This document shows positions 17,334-25,878 of a stretch of 36,907 nucleotides of DNA, piece after piece. Origin of the DNA: Candidatus Pacearchaeota archaeon (GTDB lineage Archaea > Nanobdellota > Nanobdellia > Pacearchaeales > GW2011-AR1); NCBI GenBank assembly GCA_002686355.1, contig NZBV01000018.1, forward strand, positions 1-36,907. Reading direction: 5' to 3'. Each line of letters opens with the position of its first letter. Within the stretch, counting starts at the first letter, position 1. The notes below the pieces were generated by a model. It was not told where the DNA came from. It ran no database searches and saw only the letters and a list, made by a program, of their open reading frames with translations. The translations under genes and the position numbers were made by a program.

Positions 17334-18872
17334 TTAAAGATCCTTGTTTTCAGTTCCCTTTCTAAATTTAAATTTATAACTGAACTTTTTTACTCTTTCC
17401 ATTACAGTTTTTTCTAATTTAGGAGAGACATTAAACAAGAACAATGAAAAATTACTCAAGAACAAAAGTGCCTGATAGACAAAATATGCAAAAAGAGGAT
17501 TCTTGAATCTCCTCTTACTGATAATATACAAATCCCATTTTCCCATAATCTTATAGAGTTTGTCTATTTCTCTGAAAATTTTCTTGTCATAATTAAAAAA
17601 ATTATTATGCAGATGATCCCAAAAAGTATGATAATAAATCATAAAAAACGGACGATACTCATCTTTGAATAATCGCTTTTTATACAGCCACCATTTTTCA
17701 AAACCACATTCATTTGCATATTCATTATAAATTTCTGTCCCAGGATATGGCTGAATTATCCCCCCGTCAAAACATTGGGTAACATATTTTCTAATCTTCT
17801 TCACATATTTCTGGAAATCCCTCATCTCTTCTGCAGTTTCCCACGGAAACCCAACAAGAGTATTTACTCCTGCCCGTATCCCGGCTTTATGACACCATTT
17901 AAGAACTCTCTCTGTTTGTTCAATATATTTCTGAGGATCTAAAGTTTTTTTTGTTTTCTCAAGTGTCTTAGGAATCATACTTTCAAAACCAAGACTTATC
18001 ATAACACACCCTGCTTTTTTCATTTTGAAGATAGTCTCTCTTGTTAAAAAATCAATTCTTGAGGCACAAACCCACTCTATCGGAAGCTTTTTTTCTATTA
18101 ACATATCGCAAATCTGATTCAGCCTTTTCCTGTTTGCAGTAAAAGAATCATCAACAAAATTAATTGTAGTAACTCCATATTTTTTGTGAAGTTGTAAAAT
18201 TTCTTCTAAAATCTTGTCAGCAGACCTGAATCTAAAACACTTTCCAAACAACGAATGAAGGCAAAAAGTGCATCTACCCGTGCAGCCTCTGCTTGAAAGC
18301 ACAGCCCCGTAATTATTCATCTCCTCCTTTATCTTAACATAATCTGATTGCCTGTGAACTTCTCTGTCTGGAATTGGCAGAACATTCAAGTCCTTAATAT
18401 CTGCTTCAGGTTTTGTCTTGACTATTTTCCCTTTTTCTCTAAACACAAGCCCTTTTACAGAATTTATCTTCTTATTCTGTGAAAGTTTCCCTAACAAATT
18501 CTTAAACGAGATTTCAGCTTCACCTAAAACAATAATGTCTGCGCCTTTCTCTAAAACCTCCTCAGGACAGATTGTTGCATGAGGCCCTCCAGCCACAATT
18601 ATCTTGCAATACGGACGAATTTTTTCAAGCAAGTCATAAGAATAAGTTACACTATTTGTGATAAAATTCATTCCCACTAAAAGCGGTTTTTCTCTCTTTA
18701 TCAAATCAATTATACTCTTGTAGTCTTTCTTAGTATATTGTGCATTTAGATTTTCAACAAGCACCTCAAACCCTTCTTTTTTGGCAATTGCCCCAAGATA
18801 ACTAAATGCAAGGGGTGGAAAAGGGTCTTCTATACCTAATTTTGCTCTTAGCAATAAAATCTTCTTATTCAT
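17334..18872 (-). CDS. B12-binding-domain radical SAM enzyme (class B) (rSAM-3)
   Basis: 512 aa. Motifs PPLAFSYLGAIA, LVGMNFIT, VAGGPHATICPEE, VLGEAEISF, LNVLPIPDR, SSRGCTGRCTFC. Confidence 0.85.
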   Translation of the reverse strand: MNKKILLLRAKLGIEDPFPPLAFSYLGAIAKKEGFEVLVENLNAQYTKKDYKSIIDLIKREKPLLVGMNFITNSVTYSYDLLEKIRPYCKIIVAGGPHATICPEEVLEKGADIIVLGEAEISFKNLLGKLSQNKKINSVKGLVFREKGKIVKTKPEADIKDLNVLPIPDREVHRQSDYVKIKEEMNNYGAVLSSRGCTGRCTFCLHSLFGKCFRFRSADKILEEILQLHKKYGVTTINFVDDSFTANRKRLNQICDMLIEKKLPIEWVCASRIDFLTRETIFKMKKAGCVMISLGFESMIPKTLEKTKKTLDPQKYIEQTERVLKWCHKAGIRAGVNTLVGFPWETAEEMRDFQKYVKKIRKYVTQCFDGGIIQPYPGTEIYNEYANECGFEKWWLYKKRLFKDEYRPFFMIYYHTFWDHLHNNFFNYDKKIFREIDKLYKIMGKWDLYIISKRRFKNPLFAYFVYQALLFLSNFSLFLFNVSPKLEKTVMERVKKFSYKFKFRKGTENKDL

Positions 18873-18895
18873 AAATTTAAGAAATCAAGCCCGCG

Positions 18896-18903
18896 TTTAA
18901 ATA
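18896..18903 (-). promoter_or_regulatory. TATA-box candidate for the rSAM-3/GT4/AP-superfamily operon
   Basis: TATTTAAA (minus strand) centred 27.5 nt upstream of ATG 18872. Confidence 0.45.
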
Positions 18904-18905
18904 GA

Positions 18906-19355
18906 TTATGCTAAATAACTAACAGCCCAATAAATCATCAATCCCAGTAAAAACCCTCCGATAATATCTATCCAATCATGCTTCTTTAAATAAATCCGTG
19001 AATAAAAAACCAGAATAAGGATAAATAAAATAAGTGTACTAACATAGACATTCAACGAAAAAGCGATTATAGCGAACAAGCCCAGGAATACTGCTCTTGC
19101 TGTATGAATGCTTGGAAACGACGATGCATCAATCTTTTCAAGGAAATTATTATATCTTACTTTTTTTGGTCTTGATTTAAAGTAAAATAACCTTATAATC
19201 AGTGTCACTAAATATATGACAACTACTCCAAAAAATATCTCTTTTGCAAAATCAATTTTTCCAGTTATAAAAAAAATCACAATTAGGAATAAACTAAAAA
19301 TTAGCCCTCCAAATAAGGTAATCTCTTCAAAAAATTTATCAAAGAGTTTTTTCAT
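18906..19355 (-). CDS. PAP2-family (type 2 phosphatidic acid / polyprenyl-diphosphate) phosphatase, membrane
   Basis: 149 aa with 4 hydrophobic helices. All three PAP2 motifs are present: KSRPKKVR (KxxxxxxRP), SFPSIHT (PSGH-like) and SRIYLKKHDWIDIIGG (SRxxxxxHxxxD). Confidence 0.8.
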   Translation of the reverse strand: MKKLFDKFFEEITLFGGLIFSLFLIVIFFITGKIDFAKEIFFGVVVIYLVTLIIRLFYFKSRPKKVRYNNFLEKIDASSFPSIHTARAVFLGLFAIIAFSLNVYVSTLILFILILVFYSRIYLKKHDWIDIIGGFLLGLMIYWAVSYLA

Positions 19356-19406
19356 AATTCTCCGAATCGAGCAATATTTAAATACTTTCTTACAACCTTA
19401 AACAAA
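19356..19406. promoter_or_regulatory. 51-nt bidirectional promoter with a single palindromic TATA element
   Basis: TATTTAAATA (19375-19384) is a perfect 10-nt palindrome. It is centred 24.5 nt from ATG 19355 (minus strand) and 27.5 nt from ATG 19407 (plus strand). Confidence 0.5.
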
Positions 19407-20366
19407 ATGAAAATAGCATACTTTCTCATAGAACCCTGGCAGGAAAAAATTCTTAGAGAGAACTTTCTAGATTCTGAACTTCAGATTTTTTCACAACCTT
19501 TAAACAGGGAAAACATAGAAAAAATAACCGACACAGATATAATTGTCTCAAGGGCAAGATTTATTGATCTAAAGTTGAATAGGGAAACCTTGGAAAAACT
19601 TCCAAACCTGAAATTTATCGCAACAATGTCAACAGGTTTTGATCATATCGATTTAGATTATTGCAGGCAAAAAAACATTCTTGTCTCAAATGTACCCGCT
19701 TATGGAAGTGTTTCTGTGGTAGAACAGACTTTTGCACTTCTTCTCGCTATCTCAAGAAAGATTCCTCAGGCAGCAAATGCATTAAAAGATAATCCAACAA
19801 ATCAATCTAATTTAATTGGTTTTGACTTAGATGAAAAAACATTAGGTGTCATTGGTTCTGGAAAAATTGGATTAAATGTAATTAAGATTGCAAAAAGTTT
19901 TGGCATGAATGTTCTTGCTCATGACATCATTAAAAACCACCAGGCAGCTGAAGAATTAGGATTTAAATATGTTGAACTTAGCGAGCTTTTGCAAAATTCA
20001 GACATAATAACGCTTCACACGTTTCTTAATAAAGATTCATTCCACCTAATCAGCGAAAAAGAACTTTCTCTGTTAAAACAAGATGCAATTATAATCAACA
20101 CTGCACGAGGAGGACTAATAGATACTCGCGCCTTAATCAACTATCTTCAGAGCAATCCTCTTGCTTTTGCAGGTCTGGATGTTTTTGAAGGAGAATCAAC
20201 AGACTTTAAAGTGAATAAATATCTCCAAGAACTTTCAAGTGTGGATAATGTGATAATAACCCCTCACAATGCTTCAAATACAAAAGAAGCAAAGGAAAAA
20301 ATTCTTCAGACAACAATTGGAAATATAAAAGAATTCATTAATGAAAAGCAGATTAATGTTGTTTAA
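19407..20366 (+). CDS. D-isomer-specific 2-hydroxyacid dehydrogenase family (LdhA/SerA/GhrB-like)
   Basis: 319 aa. Motifs GVIGSGKIGLNV (GxGxxG), INTARGGLID (catalytic Arg), FAGLDVFEGE, ITPHNAS (catalytic His). Confidence 0.85.
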   Translation: MKIAYFLIEPWQEKILRENFLDSELQIFSQPLNRENIEKITDTDIIVSRARFIDLKLNRETLEKLPNLKFIATMSTGFDHIDLDYCRQKNILVSNVPAYGSVSVVEQTFALLLAISRKIPQAANALKDNPTNQSNLIGFDLDEKTLGVIGSGKIGLNVIKIAKSFGMNVLAHDIIKNHQAAEELGFKYVELSELLQNSDIITLHTFLNKDSFHLISEKELSLLKQDAIIINTARGGLIDTRALINYLQSNPLAFAGLDVFEGESTDFKVNKYLQELSSVDNVIITPHNASNTKEAKEKILQTTIGNIKEFINEKQINVV

Positions 20367-21394
20367 GAAATCGTCTTCACAATCTTCAGAAATCCTTGTT
20401 TTAGCTTTTTCCTGTGGCTTGTCCCATAAGATTTCTTTCCCTGTTTTTTCATCTGAACATAACTATCATAGGCAACTTTTAGCGCTTCTTTGTTCCCTAA
20501 TTTTGGTTTCCATCCTAAAATTTTCCTTGCATTTTCATTGTTAAAATAAAAGTCCTTGTGAAACGTTAGGTAGTGCCAAGGCGCAAGAGGGGAGAGTCTC
20601 ATTTTATCTAGGATTTTCAAGGAGTTGATTGTAAAATTTGTCGGGAGAGAAATTATCTTTGAACCAGTTTTAGCATAATCTAGAAGAGATTGCAAATCTT
20701 CTCTTAGGGTTAAAAAATTCTTTGAGCCAATATTAAATATATGAGAACCTTTTTTCAGCAAAGACAAATAACAGCAAGAAGCCAAATCACCTGAATGCAA
20801 AAATTGTATTTTATTGTTCCCATTGCCAATGATATAGATATTTTTTCCTTCTGAAATCCATTCAAAAAAAATGTCAAAAATGCCCATTCTTCCAGGGCCC
20901 AAAACTGTTCGCGGTCTTATAATGTCCACATCCAATCCTTTTCTAATATATTCTCTGCAAACTAATTCCCCTTTTAATTTTGATTCAGCGTAGGGTCCGA
21001 CTGGATTATATTCATCGTTTTCATCAACAGGATTTTTTCCAGTAAACTGAACAGCACTTGTAGATAAATGAACTACTTTCTTAACTTTATTTTTTAGCGC
21101 AGCTTCTAACACATTTCTTGTTCCTTCAACATTAACCTCAATAAATTTTTTTCCTGCCTTGCTTATCGGAACTTTTGCTACAGTATGGATAATTCTATCA
21201 ACCCCAGAGCATGCTTCAGAAACTTTTTCCTTGTCAAGAATATCCCCATAAACAAATTCAACTTTTTCATAAAAAGAATTATCTGGCAGAGGATCAATAT
21301 CCATTACTCTCACCTTTTCACCTTTTTTTACCAAAAACCTGACAATTTCAAATCCACAAAACCCAGAACCCCCTGTAACTAAGCATATTCTCAT
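20363..21394 (-). CDS. NAD-dependent epimerase/dehydratase (extended SDR), basic amphipathic C-tail
   Basis: 343 aa. Motifs VTGGSGFCGFEIV, HLSTSAV, YAESKLKGE (YxxxK). Confidence 0.8.
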   Translation of the reverse strand: MRICLVTGGSGFCGFEIVRFLVKKGEKVRVMDIDPLPDNSFYEKVEFVYGDILDKEKVSEACSGVDRIIHTVAKVPISKAGKKFIEVNVEGTRNVLEAALKNKVKKVVHLSTSAVQFTGKNPVDENDEYNPVGPYAESKLKGELVCREYIRKGLDVDIIRPRTVLGPGRMGIFDIFFEWISEGKNIYIIGNGNNKIQFLHSGDLASCCYLSLLKKGSHIFNIGSKNFLTLREDLQSLLDYAKTGSKIISLPTNFTINSLKILDKMRLSPLAPWHYLTFHKDFYFNNENARKILGWKPKLGNKEALKVAYDSYVQMKKQGKKSYGTSHRKKLKQGFLKIVKTIS

Positions 21395-22384
21395 TTAAAC
21401 ATTAACCCCTTGTCTCCTGCACCAATCAATTGATTTTTCCATTCCCTCTTTCAAAGAAACTTTTGGATCATAGCCTAATTCTTTTTTTGCTTTTTCAACA
21501 TTGCATGCGATATCCTGATCCATCTCCCCTGCAACATGAAGTTCTTTGTTATAAATTCCGACACTTTGCAATAAACTATCAGCGATTCTACAAATACCCG
21601 AAACAAATCCAGGAATATGACGCGGTTTTAGCTTTACCCCCAAAATATCTGCAATAGTTTCATAAATTTCAATTATTGGGTAAGGTTTCTCATCTGCGAT
21701 CCAGTATGTCTGTCCACTTGCTCGTTTTTTAGTTGCTGCCAAAATTAATCCCTGAACTGCATTGTCAATGTAAGTCATGCTTCTTATATTCTTTCCGTTG
21801 CCAAATACAATTGGATTTCCTTTTTTAACCATCTTAAAAAAGGTTGTTTGTCTTAAGGGTTGGTTTGGTCCGTAAAACCAGCAGGGCCTTATAATAGTCA
21901 CATCGATTTTTCCTTCTCTATATTTTCTATTAACATATTTTTCTGCTAGCATCTTGCTCTTTCCATAACCTTTGTAAGGTTTATAGGGGGTTTCTTCATC
22001 AAATAACATTTTATTTTTATTAAATCCAAAAGGAGAATTGCTACTCACGAAAACAAATTTTTTAACTCCTGAGTTTATTGCTTCATTGATAATATTTTTT
22101 GTTCCAATAAAATTCAAATTATAAAGATCTTTTGTTTTTTTTGGATGAATTATTCCTGCACAATGTATAACTATTTCAATACCTTTTGTAGCATTCTTCA
22201 AACTTTCTTTTTTAGTTAAGTTGCCTTTTGTAATCTCAGCGCCCATTTTCTTCAGATGTTCTGCATTCATCCCTTCTAAAACAAGACATCTTACCTTGGC
22301 CCCTTTCTTTATCAACTCTTTAACCAGCGAATCTCCGAGCCATCCCGGAGCTCCTGTAACAAGAATCTTTTTTCTCTTGACCAT
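21395..22384 (-). CDS. NAD-dependent epimerase/dehydratase (extended SDR)
   Basis: Motifs ILVTGAPGWLGDSLV, FVSSNSPFG, YGKSKMLAE. ATG 22384 (MVKRKKILVTG) has a TATA-like box 25.5 nt upstream. The track start at 22426 is TTG and lies inside the promoter region. Confidence 0.8.
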   Translation of the reverse strand: MVKRKKILVTGAPGWLGDSLVKELIKKGAKVRCLVLEGMNAEHLKKMGAEITKGNLTKKESLKNATKGIEIVIHCAGIIHPKKTKDLYNLNFIGTKNIINEAINSGVKKFVFVSSNSPFGFNKNKMLFDEETPYKPYKGYGKSKMLAEKYVNRKYREGKIDVTIIRPCWFYGPNQPLRQTTFFKMVKKGNPIVFGNGKNIRSMTYIDNAVQGLILAATKKRASGQTYWIADEKPYPIIEIYETIADILGVKLKPRHIPGFVSGICRIADSLLQSVGIYNKELHVAGEMDQDIACNVEKAKKELGYDPKVSLKEGMEKSIDWCRRQGVNV

Positions 22385-22466
22385 TAATCTTTTCCAACCC
22401 TTAGATATATAAATGTTGTCTTTCAAATTCGATGCATTTTTAAAGAAAAGGTTTATTCATTTTAGG
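22385..22466. promoter_or_regulatory. Divergent promoter region (SDR pair / UbiA)
   Basis: TTTATATA (minus strand, 22406-22413) is centred 25.5 nt from ATG 22384. TTTTTAAA (plus strand, 22437-22444) is centred 26.5 nt from ATG 22467. Confidence 0.5.
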
Positions 22467-23321
22467 ATGACAATAATATCAGATTTATCCAGATTATTGA
22501 GGATATCTCAGTGGTATAAAAACCTTTTAATATTTGTGCCATTGATTTTTTCATTGAATCTTTTTAACTTGGACATTTTCCTAAGAGTTCTCTTGGGATT
22601 TTTATCCCTTTCACTTTTATCTTCAAGTTATTATATAATTAATGATCTTAAGGATATTGAAAAAGATAAGCATCATCCCGAAAAAAAGAAACGCCCTCTT
22701 GCGTCTGGAAGAACTCCAAAATTTTTAGCAGCCCTCCTTTTTTTCTTTTTATTTATCAATTCATTAGCAATCGCTTTTTTTCTTTCAAACATTTTTTTCA
22801 CCATAATGATCGTCTTGTTTGCTCTCTCTCAAATCTATAATCTTATCCTTAGGAACATTGCTTTTTTTGATATAATTGCGATTTCTCTCAATTTCGTTGT
22901 CAGAATTCTTTCTGGAAGTTTTTTAATAGGAGTAACCCCCCAATATCCATTGGTTTTATCAGCATTCTTTCTTTCTGTGTTTATGGTTTCAGGCAAAAGA
23001 ATTTCTGAAACTTACCTTTCTGACCTTATAAAGTATCGTCCTTCTCTCAGCAAACAACATAAAGACACTTTAACTTTGATGGCAACTGTTTCAGTGGCAT
23101 CTACAATCATTTTGTTTTCTTTTTATGCTCTTGAAATCTCTAAGCCTCTTTTACTATTAACTTTGCCACTCTCCTTTTATTTGGTTTTAGTTTATTTCAA
23201 CAGTGTATTTCACAATCCTGAAAAAATAAGAAACCCAGAAAAATTTATATTTGACAAAAGAATAATTCTTTCTTTGTTCTTTTGGACAGTTTTATTAATC
23301 TTGGCTCTATATGTTTTTTAG
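22467..23321 (+). CDS. UbiA-family prenyltransferase, polyprenyl-phosphate 5-phosphoribosyltransferase-like (DPPR-synthase-like)
   Basis: About 8 TM helices. Motifs RISQWYKNLLIF and NDLKDIEKDKHHPEKKKRPLASG, compared with mycobacterial NDxxDxExDxxHPxKxxRPxAxG from memory. I prefer ATG 22467, which has a TATA-like box 26.5 nt upstream, to 22413. Confidence 0.7.
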   Translation: MTIISDLSRLLRISQWYKNLLIFVPLIFSLNLFNLDIFLRVLLGFLSLSLLSSSYYIINDLKDIEKDKHHPEKKKRPLASGRTPKFLAALLFFFLFINSLAIAFFLSNIFFTIMIVLFALSQIYNLILRNIAFFDIIAISLNFVVRILSGSFLIGVTPQYPLVLSAFFLSVFMVSGKRISETYLSDLIKYRPSLSKQHKDTLTLMATVSVASTIILFSFYALEISKPLLLLTLPLSFYLVLVYFNSVFHNPEKIRNPEKFIFDKRIILSLFFWTVLLILALYVF

Positions 23322-24601
23322 ATTTCTTGTTTTTTTGATAATTCTTTAGAGGCTTTTTCAGGAGAACATTTTTCAAGATTAATCTTTCTTATAAAAATCC
23401 CTTTGAAAACTAATCCAACTAAGCTAGGAATATCCTTTATTTTTAGCAATTTAGAAATTTTCTCTTTTCCTGTTCCAGAATTTATTTTTTTTAGGTCATC
23501 TATCTTTATTGTGAGAACAGACATTTTAATTGCTACGATCATAAATGAGGCTAAAGAAAATATTAATACCCCTGGCCACAGAACAAAATTATTTTCAAGG
23601 AGTAATCCAATAGGAATCACAATATAAGGGATCATTGCTGATAAATATCTGTAATCTCCGCCACCCCCTGCCCAGTAGGTTTTGTGTTTTGAGACAAGCA
23701 AAAACAGAGGAAGTGTCAGGCATAAAAATAAAATTAAATTTTCATAGCTAAGATAATAAAATCCGATAATTCCAAATATTAAAACAGGACTAAGAACTAA
23801 CATCCCTCCTGGCAGAAAAATCTCTTTTTTCTTTTTTATATGAAACAACAATCCAAAAATCCCTTTCAAAATTGGGGTTACAAAAGTTGTCCGGAGAGAA
23901 TTAGACCATCTAAAGTGCGCACTGTATTTGTAAGATGTTGTCAGAGGCGAGCCAAAACATCTCCAGTTATATAAAAACAAGGGAACCACCCCAAGAACAT
24001 ATCCCCCTCCAAGTGGAAAAAGCACAGAATAATTTCCAAGGATAATTTGCGCGAGCCCGATTCCAAACAAGAACATAAAGTCAGTATACTCCACAATTGT
24101 TGCCAAACCAAGAATCAGTCCAATCACAAAAAAAGGATATCCATTAAGCAAAAAATAAACAGACAGCAAAACCAGGAAAGCAGACAGCGGATGGATGATG
24201 AAAGTTGTACTGTACCTCCAATTAATTGTGCATAGAGCAAATATCAAACCAGTTATAAGAGCGATTTTTTCTATTCCTACTAATTGCAGGGTGATTAGAT
24301 AGACAAGAACAGTGGACAAGATTCCAGAGATAACCGGAACCAGTACAACATTCAGTCCAAGAGCATGAAATGGAACAGAAGCAAAAGCCAGACCAGGCGG
24401 CCTATCACTATAATATTTGTCATTCTTTTTTGCATAATCCATAAAATTAGTATACCCAAGATATTCTTTTATTGCAAGTTTCTTTTTTTCAACTATTGCT
24501 CTGACCAAAGCATAGAGACTTCCGCTGTTGCAACAAGTTATTCCCTGCATGGAAAAAAGATAAACAAGGCTCACAATCAAAATTAAAATTATCAGCTCCA
24601 T
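23318..24601 (-). CDS. Polytopic membrane protein, GT-C-fold glycosyltransferase-like
   Basis: 427 aa, at least 10 hydrophobic helices. The first loop KNDKYYSDRPPGLAF resembles the acidic or (D/E)xPP loop of ArnT/PMT-like GT-C enzymes. Convergent with the UbiA gene and overlapping it by 4 nt. Confidence 0.5.
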   Translation of the reverse strand: MELIILILIVSLVYLFSMQGITCCNSGSLYALVRAIVEKKKLAIKEYLGYTNFMDYAKKNDKYYSDRPPGLAFASVPFHALGLNVVLVPVISGILSTVLVYLITLQLVGIEKIALITGLIFALCTINWRYSTTFIIHPLSAFLVLLSVYFLLNGYPFFVIGLILGLATIVEYTDFMFLFGIGLAQIILGNYSVLFPLGGGYVLGVVPLFLYNWRCFGSPLTTSYKYSAHFRWSNSLRTTFVTPILKGIFGLLFHIKKKKEIFLPGGMLVLSPVLIFGIIGFYYLSYENLILFLCLTLPLFLLVSKHKTYWAGGGGDYRYLSAMIPYIVIPIGLLLENNFVLWPGVLIFSLASFMIVAIKMSVLTIKIDDLKKINSGTGKEKISKLLKIKDIPSLVGLVFKGIFIRKINLEKCSPEKASKELSKKQEI

Positions 24602-24684
24602 TTTATTTAAAATTTTAAATCATTTATAAATTATTTCATACCATTATCTTTATAAATCTGTTTTATTAATCCCATTTATTCAAA
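24602..24684. promoter_or_regulatory. Divergent promoter region with the palindromic octamer TTTATAAA twice
   Basis: The copy at 24623-24630 is centred 25.5 nt from ATG 24601 (minus strand). The copy at 24649-24656 is centred 32.5 nt from ATG 24685 (plus strand, implying a short leader). Confidence 0.45.
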
Positions 24685-25830
24685 ATGCCAACAATGCCAT
24701 TATCACATAAATTAAAACTCTTTTCTAATTATATTTATGCAGGAAGATTCAGGGAAATTTATAATATGTTTTGGGTATATCCTCTTTGGTGGAATCGAAA
24801 ATGGGCTGCGTTTATTCTTAACAAATTTCTTCCAAAGCTTGGGATAGATTTATTTCCGCCTTTTTTGGAGATAGAACCTACGACAATATGCCCTTTTAGA
24901 TGCATCTGCTGTGAACATACTTATTGGGAGGAATCTGCAAAGAATATGACATTTCAACAGTTTAAAAAAATCTTTGATGATTTTGGAAGGCCAAAATGGA
25001 TCGGCCTTACAGGAATTGGTTATTCTTACGCAAATAAAGATTATCATAAAATGATTGCATACGCAAAATCAAGAGGAACAATTGTCGAAGTTTTTGACCA
25101 CTTTGCAAAATTCAAAGATGATGACCAGATAAGAGAATTAATTGAAATAGGTCCTGATTTCCAGTTCATATCTACTTATGGAGCTTCAAAGAAATCATTT
25201 GAAACTGTATGCGTAGGAAGTAGTTATGATACTGTGATTGAGAATATTAGAAAATTTGTAGAACTAAAAAAGAAAATGAACAAGCGATTCCCTATCCTAA
25301 GTTTTCATTATATTGTAACTTCAGAATCAAAGGATGAGTTAAAAGGTTTTTTTAAATTCTTACACTCTCTTGATACAGAAATAGCAGAGGTTCTAGTAAC
25401 TCCGATGCTCCATAGCTTTAAAGAGGCTGAGAAGTATTGTGTTGATTTGGACAAAGAATATATAGAAAACATAAAAAAAACAGCAAGAAGATACAAAATT
25501 CCAATTACTATAAACATGTGTGCAAAAAAAGAATCAGAAGGTTTGCACAAAAAACCAGATATAGGCAGTTGTAAGGAATATATCATGCCTTTTATTTTTG
25601 TCAACGGAAATGTAACCCCTTGTTGTGGTCAGAATGAAGTTAATCAGAGAGAATGGCAGCATAAGACTTCTCTTGGAAATGCACTGGAAAAACCATTTAG
25701 GGAAATTTGGTATTCCCCTAGATACAAAAATCTAAGGAAAATGATTAGAAAAAACAAGTGCCCTCCTGGATGTGCCTTTTGCCCTGCTTATGAGAAAATA
25801 GGTCTAAAAAATGACCCTGAAAAGAAATAA
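24685..25830 (+). CDS. Radical SAM enzyme with SPASM/twitch-type C-terminal auxiliary-cluster domain
   Basis: 381 aa. Motif EPTTICPFRCICCEH (Cx3Cx2C). The C-terminal CKEYIMPFIFVNGNVTPCC matches Cx9-15Gx4C, followed by CPPGCAFCP. Confidence 0.8.
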   Translation: MPTMPLSHKLKLFSNYIYAGRFREIYNMFWVYPLWWNRKWAAFILNKFLPKLGIDLFPPFLEIEPTTICPFRCICCEHTYWEESAKNMTFQQFKKIFDDFGRPKWIGLTGIGYSYANKDYHKMIAYAKSRGTIVEVFDHFAKFKDDDQIRELIEIGPDFQFISTYGASKKSFETVCVGSSYDTVIENIRKFVELKKKMNKRFPILSFHYIVTSESKDELKGFFKFLHSLDTEIAEVLVTPMLHSFKEAEKYCVDLDKEYIENIKKTARRYKIPITINMCAKKESEGLHKKPDIGSCKEYIMPFIFVNGNVTPCCGQNEVNQREWQHKTSLGNALEKPFREIWYSPRYKNLRKMIRKNKCPPGCAFCPAYEKIGLKNDPEKK

Positions 25831-25878
25831 TGGATTTTGTATGGTAACTCTTAAAAACACCTTATTTTTTTATTTTAA

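Noticed and set aside
22467-23321. The UbiA-family protein as DGGGP synthase (archaeal membrane-lipid core synthesis) or a quinone prenyltransferase.
   Set aside because: The first Asp-rich motif is followed by HPxKKKRPLASG, which I associate with the phosphoribosyltransferase clade and not with the xNRPxRPLPSG of DGGGP synthases. The neighbours are PAP2, SDR and GT-C genes, not GGGP synthase or CarS. This is not excluded without a phylogeny.
14836-25830. An anaerobic sulfatase-maturating enzyme (SPASM rSAM at 24685-25830) paired with a sulfatase (14836-16152).
   Set aside because: The sulfatase-family protein has T-A-P-S-L instead of C/S-x-P/A-x-R, so it lacks the formylglycine target. The two genes are about 8.5 kb apart on opposite strands in different operons.
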